DNA from: Octopus vulgaris
Lineage: Eukaryota
Reading direction: 5' to 3'
DNA length: 64,000 bases
Assembly (NCBI GenBank): GCA_951406725.2
Contig: OX597828.1
Span: 52,452,001-52,516,000 of the forward strand
Below, piece by piece: positions 33,289 through 47,207 of this stretch; positions within the stretch are counted from its first letter, which is position 1, and every line of letters starts with the position of its first letter. The position numbers were made by a program, and so were the translations under genes. Below the pieces are notes generated by a model, which saw nothing but the letters and a program-made list of their open reading frames with translations, did not search any database and was not told the DNA's origin.

Positions 33289-33460
33289 TAAGGTGGTGAG
33301 CTGGCAGAAGCATTAGCATGTGGGGCAAAATGCTTAGTGGCTTTTCGTCCGTCTTTGTGTTCTGAGTTCAAATTCCACCGATGTTTACTTTGCTTGTCAT
33401 CCTTTCGGGGGTCAATATAATAAGTAGTGAGGTCGATGTAATCGACTCATCTCCTCCCCA
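33289..33460 (+). mobile_element. SINE family C
   Basis: GGTGGTGAGCTGGCAGAA...CTGAGTTCAAATTCC...CATCCTTTCGGGG. Confidence 0.85.
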
Positions 33461-33513
33461 GCTATTATTAGATGGGAAGCCATGAGTGCCACTGCCTCGT
33501 ACTGCATCAAGGA

Positions 33514-33601
<88 letters not shown>

Positions 33602-33604
<3 letters not shown>

Positions 33605-33804
33605 TAGTTTTATTTTTATAGCGTGCTTTCACTTCACTACCGAGCGCAGCTCTGTGTGCCTTGGGTATGTGCTGTGATTTGTTGTGATGCTCTGATGGTT
33701 ATTGTATGGAAAGTGTTCTGCGTAGGATGTGTGCAGTGCCTAGTAGTGCAATTTTCTGTATGTTATATGTGTTTGTAAGTCCTGGCGTTTTTGTTATGTA
33801 TTTG

Positions 33805-33806
<2 letters not shown>
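33602..33806 (-). mobile_element. Second R4/Dong-clade LINE 3' end inside (TAA)n
   Basis: DKYITKTPGLTNTYNIQKIALLGTAHILRRTLSIQ* plus about 100 nt of 3' UTR; (TTA)n on both sides. Confidence 0.85.
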
Positions 33807-33871
<65 letters not shown>

Positions 33872-33969
33872 TCTCATTATGATGATTCATATAAACACAC
33901 CAGATCAAACTGTTTGGAAAGACAAATTCCTAAGATCGGGTTACAACAAGTAACCATAAAATACTAAGG

Positions 33970-34130
33970 ATATTGCCCTTACCCTGCGATAGCATTTTCT
34001 TCAGATCCTTTCCCTCATCACTGAATGTTTGATTCCATCCCCTTCAAATACCCCTAGGTATTTGTAGCCCTCCGCTGGTTCCAAATCCTTTATGACATTC
34101 TGCTGGTCAAGATTAACACTGGATGGTTTT
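33970..34130 (-). mobile_element. R4/Dong-clade RT-thumb fragment
   Basis: VIKDLEPAEGYKYLGVFEGDGIKHSVMRERI*RKCYRRVRAI (YKYLG motif). Confidence 0.75.
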
Positions 34131-34373
34131 GTCGATAGTTGGTGAATTCTGCCACAATCTTTTACTTCAGTTCATATTTGTTGTTACAAGGAGTTTGTTG
34201 CCCTCTCGCTCAACTGCGCCCCACACATGATAATTTCGGGTACTATTTTGCACCTTTATTTATGAATTTTGTCTTTTTGGTTTAACTACTATAAACACCT
34301 ATATTATAATGTATTTAATATATCATAATATATTATCTATCTATCTATCTATCTATCTAGGTATTCTATAGAT

Positions 34374-35181
34374 ATACACAGCATACAATGGGGAAAATTG
34401 TCGTCATTTTATATTTTTAATTTTACGCATGCGCATTTTTTTAAAAATTTTGTCGATTACACAGTATAATAGGGACATTTGGGCACCGTCAGTGAGAAAA
34501 AAAGGCATCATGAAATAATTCCCTCTACCAGAAATTTGGAAACGACATTCTGACTGCTAGACATTCTCGCCGTAAGCTCCAATACGAACAGACGGTAAAC
34601 ACACAGAACGACCGTTGACTTGACGTGTCCCCAAATACATTGAAACCAGAGTGATAAAAATCAAACCTCTAGTCAACCGCATGTTGCTTGCAGTGATCAC
34701 AGGGCCTCAGACTCAACACGAAGGCCTACATCAAGTGCTTGGAGGATGTAGTTCAGCCCTGGATCAACAGGGTGGCAGCTGGAAGATCCTAAGTCAGGCA
34801 ACATGCCATATAAGCAGGAGAACCCAGTCATGGCTGTCAGACAATTTCTGCGACCACATCACCCCTAAAATCTAGCCACTTACCTCCCAGACTGCAACCC
34901 ACACGATTATTAAGTGTGAGGTGCAGTTGGCCGAGAGACGAACAACATTCCTCGTAACACCAAAGATGGACTGAAGGCAAGGATTATGGCAGAATTTAAC
35001 AACTTAAACAAGGAGACCGCCCAGAAGAGTTGCAGGAGATTCTGAAATCGGGGTTCAAGCCAATCGCGATTTTATTGAATAAATTAACACTTTAGTATTT
35101 CAGTATATTTTGATGTAATTATGGGAAAATATATCAGATAAAATGAGATGTCAGTGTTATTTTCATTTACCGCACCCCGTA
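34374..35181 (+). mobile_element. Internally deleted Tc1/mariner-superfamily transposon (probably maT/DD37D-like)
   Basis: Decayed C-terminus HISRRTQSWLSDNFCDHITPKI*PLTSPDCNPHDY*V*GAVGRETN...TKDGLKARIMAEFNNL...DFIE; ends CCCCGTA. Confidence 0.8.
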
Positions 35182-35205
35182 CACACACACACATATGCAA
35201 ACGCA

Positions 35206-35268
<63 letters not shown>

Positions 35269-35289
35269 GGTATGTTGGACCACTGAACT

Positions 35290-35465
35290 CAACATGTTTT
35301 TGTTTTTTTCATTCTCTCCCTATTTACTTTCTCTTATTCCTTTCTGCTGAAGAGCATAGGCTCAAAACGTAAAATTCTTATTTCCCTGAGGGCAAACTGA
35401 TACACTTGTTTGTTGTTTCTGCACCTATATTCGTCATTGCTTTTTCTATGAATTTGAACTATATG
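35290..35465 (+). mobile_element. Short HHR-like element, A6-variant family, copy 1
   Basis: CTTT-CTGCTGA-A-GAGC(ATAG)GCTC-AAAA-CG-TA-AAA at 35340-35374 (G12 lost); homologous to 39070-39250, 44380-44640(-) and 59480-59630. Confidence 0.65.
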
Positions 35466-35531
35466 TGCACATTTCGTTTTGGGATTTGGTTTGCAAGATT
35501 CTTTATGTGATTTCGTGTCTTGAAGCATATT

Positions 35532-35696
35532 CTGTTGTGTCTGGGGAGAGTCATTTTCTTTTTGTGCCTTATAAAAGGATGCAAGACGCAACGAAAGTTT
35601 TAGGAAAATAAAAATAAGAAATAAGTGGAAATTTTACCGGTGAGTGTGTTAAATTATAAGGCACAAAAAGAAAATGACTCTCCCCAGACACAACAG
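35532..35696. repeat. Perfect 43-bp inverted repeat with a 79-bp spacer
   Basis: 35532-35574 CTGTTGTGTCTGGGGAGAGTCATTTTCTTTTTGTGCCTTATAA is the exact reverse complement of 35654-35696. Confidence 0.95.
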
Positions 35697-35708
35697 TATA
35701 TATATGTG

Positions 35709-35804
<96 letters not shown>

Positions 35805-35902
35805 GAGACAGAGAGAGACAGAGAGTCAGAGAGACAGAGAGAATGAGACAGATAGATATATATTCATATATATTTATGTATATATATGCATATATATATG
35901 CA

Positions 35903-35938
<36 letters not shown>

Positions 35939-36970
35939 TGTATGTATGTATGTATACCTACATATATATATGCCTATCTTTTGAATTCTATTTTCTTCTT
36001 TGCTTAAAGAAACCTATATGCGAGAATTAATGTTATGTTTGTGTGTGTGTATTTATTTATATATGCACACTTGTCTTTGTGTATATGTAGTATACCTCTG
36101 CCTACATGTGTGTCTGTATGTCTGTGTGAGTATGCACATATATTACTACTTGATATTTTGTATACCCAAATCACTTTTAAGCGTACACACAAGATACCTC
36201 ACGTATGTACCGAACACCTACACATTCACACGCACACATAAGCACATACATATACACATATGCATATATACATACATGTATATATACGTACACGCATGCA
36301 TACATACAAGCATGCATGCATGTAGCCATACATGCATTTGTACGTATGTATATATATGTACATGCGCTTTTATGTATGCGCAAGTTTCACGAACGATAAC
36401 TTGATAAAGATAAGACTTTAAGAATCCTTAGACATTCGAAACAAACATCTCTTTAGATGCAGAACTTTTCAGAAATCCAATGGTTTAGCTTGTAAAAGGA
36501 AGAATAAAAACAAGACAGAAGACACAGCGCATGAGTGTCTCTAAAGTGTGTTGGACTGGAGAAGATTTCATTAGAATTCCTGCCTTCTCGAAGATTCCCT
36601 CTCATAAATATTTAACTAAAATGTTGAGATTTGCCACCAAATCCAACCGTTACAAGAAGATTTATTTGTATGTATGGAAAGGCACAAAGACATTGATTTC
36701 TCTGTTTTGCTTATTGATCTTTGCAACATGAAATATTATATAAAACTTATTTCCGTGTCTATCGAAATTGTACAACTTGCGTTAAAGAAAAAAGGAAACT
36801 GGCTTAAAAATTGCGTATATAGACACTCACAAACACTCTCAGTCATACATACATACATACGCGTATAGACTTACGTACACATACACATGCTCACATACGC
36901 AACAGATTATACACATATAATTGTGTATGACTGCGTATGTACGCGCGTATGTGAAACATAAAATCTTACA

Positions 36971-37006
<36 letters not shown>

Positions 37007-37333
37007 CATATACACACATATATATATACATATATACAAATATGCATATACATATATGTATATATATATAAACATATATATACATATATATATATATGTA
37101 CACACACACGCATATAATGGAGAGAGAGAAAAATACCGATTTGTTGATGTCTTTATTCAGTATATATATTTCGTGTGTGCGTATATATATATATATATAT
37201 ATATATATGCAATCGTGTATGTGTGTGTTTGTGTATATATGTATGTATGTATACATGTATATATGTATATATGTCTGTGTATGTATGTCTGTGTGTGTGA
37301 ATGTATGCATGTATTATGAATGTATGATGTATT

Positions 37334-37371
<38 letters not shown>

Positions 37372-37576
37372 CATGATGTATGCTTGTATGTATGTGTGTG
37401 TGTGTTTGTGTGCATATATACAAACATAAAGGTTTACAGACTCGTACGCATACACGCGTGCACTCGTACAGACGTATGCATACGCATTCACGCATAGACA
37501 CACACACACACACATACTCATGTACATTCATACATGGATATACACACATGTACGTGTATATGTGATTGTGTGTGCA

Positions 37577-37639
<63 letters not shown>

Positions 37640-37769
37640 GTGTGTGTATTTGTGTGTGATTGTGTGAATCATAATGGATTTCGAGACTCTGAAAGTGTAA
37701 CTTCATAGAGAAATACTTCAAAGTTTTATAATCCGAAATTACAACACAAACAAATCTATTATTGAGGTA

Positions 37770-38410
37770 TATAACAACAACAACAACAAAAACCACCACA
37801 ACAACAACCACCGCAACAACAACAATGACGACGACGACGACGATGATGATGATGATGATGATTATGATGATGATGATGATGATAATGATGATGATGAAGA
37901 TGACGACGAGGACGATGATGATGATGATAATGATGATGATGATTATGAGGAAGATGATGATTATGAGAAAGATGATGACGACGATGATGATGATTATGAG
38001 GAAGATGATGATTATGAGAAAGATGACGACGACGACGATGATGATGATGATGATGATTATGATGATGGCAGCAACGGCGACAACGGCAATGAAAGCAACG
38101 ACAACATCAACAACTACAATAAAAACAACAAAAAATAACAACAAACACAACACTACACAATACAATAACAACAAAAACACATAAACACCAGCATCATCAT
38201 CATCATCGTCGTCAGCAATCATACATCACAACAATCTTTACTATTATAATCAAACCTCTCTCTACAACTATAATCATCGCCGTCGTAGACGTCGTCGTCA
38301 TCAACAAACAAAAAAGCCAGTACCACCACGACAACAACCCCTACTATCACCATCTCCATCATCACCATAGTCACCAGCATCAGCAACATGGCTACCCACA
38401 ACGACATGAC
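37770..38410. repeat. (ACA)n/(GAT)n/(CAT)n low-complexity block
   Basis: Visible arrays; source of the poly-M/poly-I ORFs. Confidence 0.85.
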
Positions 38411-38609
38411 AGATGGCTTTGCACATCGTGGCTGTTTGAGCTTGCAACAGTTTTAAACTATAACCTACTAAACTACGTTAATATTAGTCGCCATTATCTT
38501 TAAGAAGGAGTGATGGCCATGGTTAGAATATTCTCGACCATAAGCATACTGGATCTTCATTGGTTTGTTATAAACAGAAAGAAAAATATTGCATTAACAA
38601 AACTTTGAA

Positions 38610-38772
38610 CAGGCGCAGGAGTGGTTGTGTGGTAAGTAGCTTGCTTACCAACCACATGGTTCCGGGTTCAGTCCCACTGCGTGGCACCTTGGGCAACTGT
38701 CGTCTATTATAGCCACGGGCCGGCCAAAGATTTGTGAGTGGATATGGTAGACGGAAACTGAAAGCCCGTCGT
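38610..38772 (+). mobile_element. SINE family A 5' half (young)
   Basis: GGCGCAGGAGTGGTTGTGTGGTAAG...GGTTCAGTCCC...GAAAGCCCGTCG. Confidence 0.9.
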
Positions 38773-39069
38773 ATATATGTATATATATACATATGCTGAG
38801 TCCCCCTTCAGTCATGACTGACAGTAGGATTGCACCTAGAAAGTTACTCTCCCAGGCCCAAGTCCGGGCAAGGTTGTTTATGGAAGACCAGTAGTCGCCC
38901 ATGCAAACCGGCCTCCCCTCTCCACGCCTCCAGTGTTATCCAAGGGAAAGGCAACAGTAGATACAGCTTGGCACCCTCGATCAGGCGAGTCACCATTATT
39001 ATATAATTTTCACTCAACCACTGTCTTCCGGCCATTTTTTATTTTTGCTCTCTATCATTATTATTATTA

Positions 39070-39250
39070 TTATTATTTTAGTTGTTTTAGTTCGTTCTCT
39101 GATTGTTTTTTCTCTCAGTCCTCTTTCTAAGAGCCTAGGCTCGAAAAATCAAAGTCTTTTCCAGTCTCCCTGAGCGTTAAATTGATAGACCTGCTTGTTG
39201 TTTCTTCAACTATTTTCATCGTTTGTATTCTGTAAATTTGACCTATATGT
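39070..39250 (+). mobile_element. Short HHR-like element, A6-variant family, copy 2 (core partly deleted)
   Basis: CTTT-CT..AA-GAGC(CTAG)GCTC-GAAA-AA-TC-AAAG at 39123-39154 plus the shared downstream 90 nt. Confidence 0.55.
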
Positions 39251-39456
39251 CTATATGTGTGTGTGCGCGTGTGTGTATAAGTGTGTGTGTACATATATAT
39301 ATATATATATATGAGGAGATATATACATACATACATATATAGAGATAGATGAATACACGCACACACACGCACACATATATATACACACACATATATATAT
39401 AGAGAGAGAGAATAATAGATAGACAGGCAGATAGATAGATAGATAGATAGATAGAC

Positions 39457-39552
<96 letters not shown>

Positions 39553-40299
39553 TGATTGATAGATAGGTAAGTACATGTATACGTATATACGTACATGCAT
39601 AAATGGATGCAGACAGAGAGAGACAGACTGACAGCCAGACAGACAAAGAAACGAGAAAGGCAAACAGACCGGCAGGCAAAGAATATCCAGGTAGGTCAAC
39701 GTAGTCCAGCGACACCTTGTCTCACCTATGAAAGCTAAAATGATGAGAAATTACTTAAAAGTAGTTCAAGATGTGACGTTAGAAGAAGTAAAACTGAACA
39801 AATGTCACCCGGGTTGACGACGGTAAAGCAACTGTCAAGCTATTTATTTCAAATGATATAAGTTTAGGGAGTGGACACGAAGAAGAAGAAGAAGAAGAAG
39901 AAGAAGAAGCGGTCCGTTCGCAACTTCGCGTTTTGCCTTTGTCATAGTTTTTGGTGTTAGACACGTTTTCTCAGTCTGCCAAACAACATGACAGGGGATT
40001 TCATTTCAATAAAAGAGAGAAACCACCATCAACGAAACTGACAGTTTGTTTCGCTGCAGAAATAAATATTGGCGATTTCTATTAGAGCCTGGTGCGAAGT
40101 CGCGTGTTTTCCGTGTGGGTGGCTGTACGTATGTATTTATGTTTGTATGTATGTATGCATGTGTGTATGTATGTATGTATGTATGCGTGTGTGTATGTAT
40201 GTATGTATGTATGTATGTATGTATGTATGTGTGTATGTATGTATGTATGTATGTATGTTTGTGTGTAATGTGAACGCATGTATGTATATAATGTATATA

Positions 40300-40600
40300 T
40301 GTTTCTTTATTACCCACACAGGGCTGCACACAGACGGGGCAGATTACAAAGTAGAGCTTTTCTTTTTGGGGAGAAAAAAAAAATGGGGCAGGTTTTCGAT
40401 CAAAAGAGATCGTAAAAGGGAGAAAAAACCATCAATAGGGATCGTGTATCACAGGAATGTCATAATGTAAAGTGTAAAGGGGGAAACAGATAAGGTTCAT
40501 CCGAGGAAAGAAAAGCCTACGGAAAAGACCACGGGAACCTCGGTCAATAATGTCACATGTTAACACATTTGTTTGCAAGTAAGTAACCCTCTGTTTTAAA
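40300..40600 (-). mobile_element. Probable LINE 3' UTR sharing its terminus with SINE family C
   Basis: Minus-strand end CCCGTCTGTGTGCAGCCCTGTGTGGGTAATAAAGAAA versus SINE tail CCCCTCTATGTTTAGCCCCTTGTGGGTAATAAAGAAA. Confidence 0.55.
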
Positions 40601-40626
40601 TTTTTCCGGGTTCATATGATATAATG

Positions 40627-40670
<44 letters not shown>

Positions 40671-40886
40671 TTGCATGCAATGTAGGTATATCTGTATGGA
40701 TGTATATATGTATGTATGTAATGTATGTATGTATTTATGTACTATGTATGCATGTGCGTCTCTATAAACTTATATACGTTCAGATATATTTATGAAAGAA
40801 AAAATTAAAACGTAGACGTTTATATACACACACATCATAAACTTGTGATTGTGTATGTGAGTACGCGCGCAAACATACATATATGT

Positions 40887-40943
<57 letters not shown>

Positions 40944-41322
40944 CAAGCACATTTATATGTATATATAAATATATGGGTGTGTGTTTGTGTGTGCGAGTGT
41001 GCTTATGAATATGCTGCAGTATCTTTGTGTGTATGCGCGCGCGCGTGTGTGTGTGTATGTAAATATATATTTATATGTATATGAAATAAGCTACGCATAC
41101 GCAATCAGATTCGCACTCATATACGTATAGTATTATATTTATGTTGTCCGTACACATGTATCATGTATATATCATATGGTGATGTATATTCATGTGTATA
41201 TTTGTTTGACAATGAAGAAATACGTATACAAAAGTCAAGAACACAAACGGAAGTATACTCCACATATATTTATATATGGGGTGTGTTTCAACATATACAT
41301 ACATACAAATATATATACATAC

Positions 41323-41389
<67 letters not shown>

Positions 41390-41673
41390 TATGTAAATAT
41401 ATATGTATGTGTATATATATACATGTAAATATATATGTATATATATATTGGTGGGTGGTGTGTTGTATGTATATCATATTGTATACACTCAGGCAAATCC
41501 TTTTGTTGAAGACGTAAATATAAACATTGAATATTTGTAAAATGTAATTGGTGTTTTATCGGTAATCCGTCACCGCCGCCGCCGCCTATCACCACACCAC
41601 CACCACCACCACCATACTCTTATTATCCATGTCCTCTCTCATTCCAGCACGTACACGTACATGGACATATACA

Positions 41674-41720
<47 letters not shown>

Positions 41721-41722
41721 GC

Positions 41723-41777
<55 letters not shown>

Positions 41778-41864
41778 TATCTTTATATGTATGCATATGT
41801 ATATATATATATATATGTGTGTATATATATATATAAAGATATATATATATATATATACATACAT

Positions 41865-41990
41865 TATTTATGCGCCCTTTTTCAAACCTAGCCAGGCTCA
41901 TGGGCCCGGTTTCCCGGTTTCTGTGACGTATGTGTTCCCCCCCCCCCCAGCTGGACGGGACGCCAGTCCATCGCAGCGTTACTCAAGAAA
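41865..41990 (-). mobile_element. 3' part of the V-like SINE (family of 22463-22724)
   Basis: Reverse complement of GTAACGCTGCGATGGACTGGCGTCCC...GAAACCGGGCCCATGAGCCTGGCTAGG. Confidence 0.85.
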
Positions 41991-42116
41991 CAGGAAGTTG
42001 GGGCGAAAGAATACCACCCACCTCCGGACTTGTGATTGTGTATGTGAGTGTATATTTGCATGCAATACACACACACACACACGTCGCGAGAAAAACATAC
42101 ATATATGTACCACATA

Positions 42117-42164
<48 letters not shown>

Positions 42165-42661
42165 TTCACTCGCGAGTTTTCACATTCACAGAGAGCCACA
42201 CATATGCATGTTTAATTTCTTGTGTGTGTGTGTTTATGCTGCAGTATCTTTGTGTGTATGTGTGCGTGCGTGCGTTTAATATTACATGTATGTGTGCATG
42301 TAAATACGTAAGTATTGCTAATTTTAAGTACGATTATGTTAAATTATGCCAATAACTCTCTATTCTCCGCCTAGCGTTCTATGTATTCATAATTAATTAA
42401 GAACACTTTTATTTATCTACCAAAGATCAATCAACCAATTAATCGATCACTGAGCCAATGTATCTAGTCATCAATCAAATAATCAATGTATATTTCTAAT
42501 ATCTATCCATCTATTTATCTATCTATCTATTTATCTATCTATTTATGTATCTAATTAGTTATTAATTTATTTATATATTTATCTCTATTTCTCTGTCTTT
42601 CTATCCGCAGATATGTAAACCACACACACACACACAAATATATACTTATGAACACAAGAAA

Positions 42662-43010
42662 ATGGAACTTACACTGCCTCCTTATGAGAGCTCAAAATCT
42701 CTCGTGGAATCGTCATCCAACCAAAGTACAAATATATGGGAAATTACCACCTGTGTCATCTCTTGTGAAGAGTAGAAGAGTCCGGTTTGCTGGACATTGT
42801 TGTAGAGCTGAAAACGAGGTAATTTATACTCTTCTCCTCTGGAACCATCTGCTCGCGATACCAGAGGGCGCACATTCTCCTACCTTGATATAATCTCCAG
42901 GGATAGAGGCATCCAGCAACAGGACCTCCGTAATGCTATGATGGACCGTGAAGTCTGGCGTAACATAGTAAATTCCATTGTCTCGACCACGGTCGAACAA
43001 TGATGATGAA
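42662..43010 (+). mobile_element. RTE-clade LINE 3' end with a (TGA)n tail
   Basis: LLMRAQNLSWNRHPTKVQIYGKLPPVSSLVKSRRVRFAGHCCRA...LLLW/..RGRT.SYLDII.RD..IQQQDLRNAMMDREVWRNIV; ends TGATGATGA. Confidence 0.85.
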
Positions 43011-43104
43011 ATCTATGGTGTATGGCATGCAAATCTCAGTTCTTGATTTACTAATATTAACTTTCTTTCGAGAGAATAGTAAACATATGCCTTGTGATAA
43101 TTGT

Positions 43105-44260
43105 GCCGAACTGGCAAAATTGTTAGCACGCTGGACGAAGTGCTTAACGGTATTTTGCTCGAGCTGGCAGAAACGTTAGCGGCGAGCTGGCAGAAACGTT
43201 AGCACGCTGGACGAAGTGCTTAACGGTATTTTGCTCGAGCTGGCAGAAACGTTAGCACGCTGGACGAAGTGCTTAACGGTATTTTGCTCGAGCTGGAAGA
43301 AACGTTAGCGGCGAGCTGGCAGAAACGTTAGCACGCTGGACGAAGTGCTTAACGGTATTTTGCTCGAGCTGGCAGAAACGTTAGCGGCGAGCTGGCAGAA
43401 ACGTTAGCGGCGAGCTGGCAGAAACGTTAGCGGCGAGCTGGCAGAAACGTTAGCACGCTGGACGAAGTGCTTAACGGTATTTTGCTCGAGCTGGCAGAAA
43501 CGTTAGCGGCGAGCTGGCAGAAACGTTAGCACGCCGGATGAAATGCTTAGCGGTATTTCGTCTGTCGTTACGTTGTGAGTTCAAATTCCGCCGAGGTCAA
43601 CTTTGCCTTTCATCCTTTCGGGGTCGATAAATTAAGTACCAGTTACGCTCTGGGGTCGATATAATCGACTTAATACCTATGTCTGTCCTTGTTTGTCCCC
43701 TCTATGTTTAGCCCCTTGTGGGTAATAAAGAAATAGGTATTTTGCTCGTCGTTGATTTCTGAGTTCAAATTCCGCCGAGGTCGACTTTGCCTTTCATCCT
43801 TTCGGGGTCGATAAATTAAGTACCAGTTACGCACTGGGGTCGATGTAATCGACTTAATACCTATGTCTGTCCTTGTTTGTCCCCTCTATGTTTAGCCCCT
43901 TGTGGGTAATAAAGTAATAGGTATTTTGCTCGTCGTTGATTTCTGAGTTCAAATTCCGCCGAGGTCGACTTTGCCTTTCATCCTTTCGGGGTCGATAAAT
44001 TAAGTACCAGTTACGCTCTGGGGTCGATATAATCGACTTAATACCTATGTCTGTCCTTGTTTGTCCCCTCTATGTTTAGCCCCTTGTGGGTAATAAAGTA
44101 ATAGGTATTTTGCTCGTCGCTGATTTCTGAGTTCAAATTCCGCCGAGGTCGACTTTGCCTTTCATCCTTTCAGGTCTGATTAATTAACGTGCTGGGATCG
44201 AGGAAATTGACTGATCACCTCCCCAAAAATTTCAGGCCTTGTGCCTATAAGACAGAGGAT
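43105..44260 (+). mobile_element. Nested and tandemly amplified family-C SINEs: a 23/53-bp mosaic array (43128-43530) plus three 184-bp repeats and a partial fourth (43577-44170)
   Basis: 11 copies of GAGCTGGCAGAAACGTTAGC separated by GGC or a fixed 33-mer; GAGTTCAAATTCC at 43577, 43761, 43945 and 44129. Confidence 0.95.
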
Positions 44261-44379
44261 TATTTATAGCTTCCTGTAACATTTCTAGATGCACAGATCC
44301 AAAAAAGAAATCTCTCTCAACAATTTGTGTGTCTGTGTGTGTAGTTAGCTAAGTTCAGAAATCCAAATATATATATATA

Positions 44380-44751
<372 letters not shown>

Positions 44752-46102
44752 CATGCTTAGAAAGAAGGATACCTAGTTTGTGCATAACCAGACTTTAAAG
44801 TCTTAATGGCGAGTTAAAAATTGTAAGGAAAAAGAAAACGTCATCTGTTATAGTAGTCTCATTTTGGTGACATTTCAAACAAGATTAATGCTTCCAAAAG
44901 CATCCCACCCAACTCCGTTGCTGGAAAACTGAAAATGCAGTCAAGCTGCAGACCAACAAATATAAAATAACTGGAAAAAATCCAGAGGAAACAGAAAGTA
45001 ATTTTGATTTCCATATTTTAACTAGCGCATGCGTATTTTAATTCCATGCGTGTTTTGCAAGAAACTGACAAGGAATTCGTCGCCATTCTAAAATGGATGT
45101 AAATGAGATTATTTATTAGAATTAGCTGACCGATTGGGATGTTTTGGTAACGGCTTATCTCAGACATTTTCTCTCGTTATCTGAATCTATCGCTTTGCTG
45201 TTTATTTAAAACTTCGGACGATCTCTCTTTATTCCGATGTCGTTGGAAGGAGGCACAGATAAAGCTGGCTCCGAATCAAATGTTGTTGAGATTTAGCCAG
45301 AAATATCTGCCTCTTAATATATTCGTATATGACATAGGAAGAGTTGCGTGTCTCCGGATGTGATAACCGTAGTCGCACTTGTGTGACACTTGGAATCCAT
45401 TTACTGGCTGTTTATCACATCGACATCATGAATAGCTGAGTCAGTAAAGCGCCACTCAACAAGCCAAGAGGTGGCTGGTTCATACCTTAGCTTAACCCCG
45501 TAAATACAGCATAATTGTGACGAAATTACTTAAATCTAAAGCAATCGAGTTTGCTTCTCTAAGAATAAGTGCTATAAGGTATATAGTTCATAAGATTTAA
45601 GTACGATTGTGTAGGTTGTGACTTATTTTCCTATAATTAGGGACCAACTGATCCCTTAATAGGTACAACTTACCATCATTCGGGCATTCAAGCATTAAAC
45701 AGATACTGCAGAGTGTTGCATAATAAAGCTAGCTCGAAGGAATTTCTAAGGGTAAGTGAAAAGATTTTACGGTAGGTTGCATTTGTGTATAGTACACTGA
45801 GCAGAAAATAGGCACCACGGAATGATGTATCATATATACAAATATATACAGACAACACTGAGTAATATTTAGCTTATGTGACTGTCAATAGAATCTACAG
45901 GGTACTACATAGATCATCTAGTTGGAAACAGGTACAGCAAGATAGTGTATAATTCGTCTGTCTATAGAGAGCTACTACGGTACCTACGCCATTATTATAT
46001 ACACATTGGCAGCGTTGTGGAACAGAGTAAGAAATGATTGTTGCTAGGAAACCTTATGGCAGAAAAAGGAAGAAAGACTGGAAAACAACACACACACACG
46101 CG

Positions 46103-46154
<52 letters not shown>

Positions 46155-47081
46155 GCATATATGTATATATATATATGCAAAATATATATGTATATATATT
46201 TATATAATACATATATAATGGATATATATTATATAACTATAATATATATATACATATTATATACATACATATGTATATATATATAAATGCATGTATTTAT
46301 ATGTACATGTGTATATCGTATGTATATAAGGAGCGCAACAGAGAGAAACGGTGAGAAAGAAAGAGAGGTAGAAAGAGAAAATGTGTGAGAGGAGAGAGGA
46401 GACAATGAGAGAGTGGGGGAGAGAGAAAGGGAGAAAAGTAACGTTAAAATCATACACATTGCGAATGAAGCAAGGACGGAATGGAAGAATATAAGTGGAA
46501 AATCTTAATGAAATTATGACGATTTGCGATTAGCAGAAGCAAAAAGACTTCAACCAGAAACCAATTTCAACATGGTTGCCAACAATTGTGAACTGTGGTT
46601 TGGACGTGGTCCAAAATATTTTTAAAACCCACTCGTCTCCTTTCACCCCTTCCTCTCAGCTTAGCCTCTTCCACAAATCACATACACATGACACCCCTTT
46701 GACCTTCACCCACACACTAACACATATATGCATAAACATTCAGATACACATCAGAACCCACACTCACACTCACACATTTTCCTTACAAACACGCAGACAC
46801 TCCCGTTGCACCGATATCCGTATGAAATTGCAACGTTAAAATGACAAGAGACAATTTCCTTGAGTGTAATTTCGTGTCGGCCATCAGCGAAATTTGTCAG
46901 GTGATGCACGCTACTGCGTTATTGAAAGGAGCGGTGGTGGAGGTGGCAATGGCGTGGTGGCACTGGTGATGTTGTTGGTGGCAGTGGTAATGGTGGTGGT
47001 GCTGAAATTTGAGAGGGCGGATATATAGACATGTATATATATATATATATATATTCATATATATATATTCATATATATATA

Positions 47082-47123
<42 letters not shown>

Positions 47124-47143
47124 CATATATACATGTATATATA

Positions 47144-47207
<64 letters not shown>

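Noticed and set aside
38795-38995. GC-richer segment after the SINE-A head, possibly a retroelement-derived repeat
   Set aside because: Single copy in the window and no diagnostic motif; family not assignable from the sequence alone.
43128-43530. CRISPR-like array of 20-bp repeats with 33-bp spacers
   Set aside because: The spacers are identical to each other or just GGC, all parts derive from a SINE head, there are no cas genes and the context is eukaryotic.
45205-45330. Possible RT remnant SDDLSLF...EAQ..L...LN
   Set aside because: Similarity to the (F/Y)ADD region is too weak to call without an HMM search.
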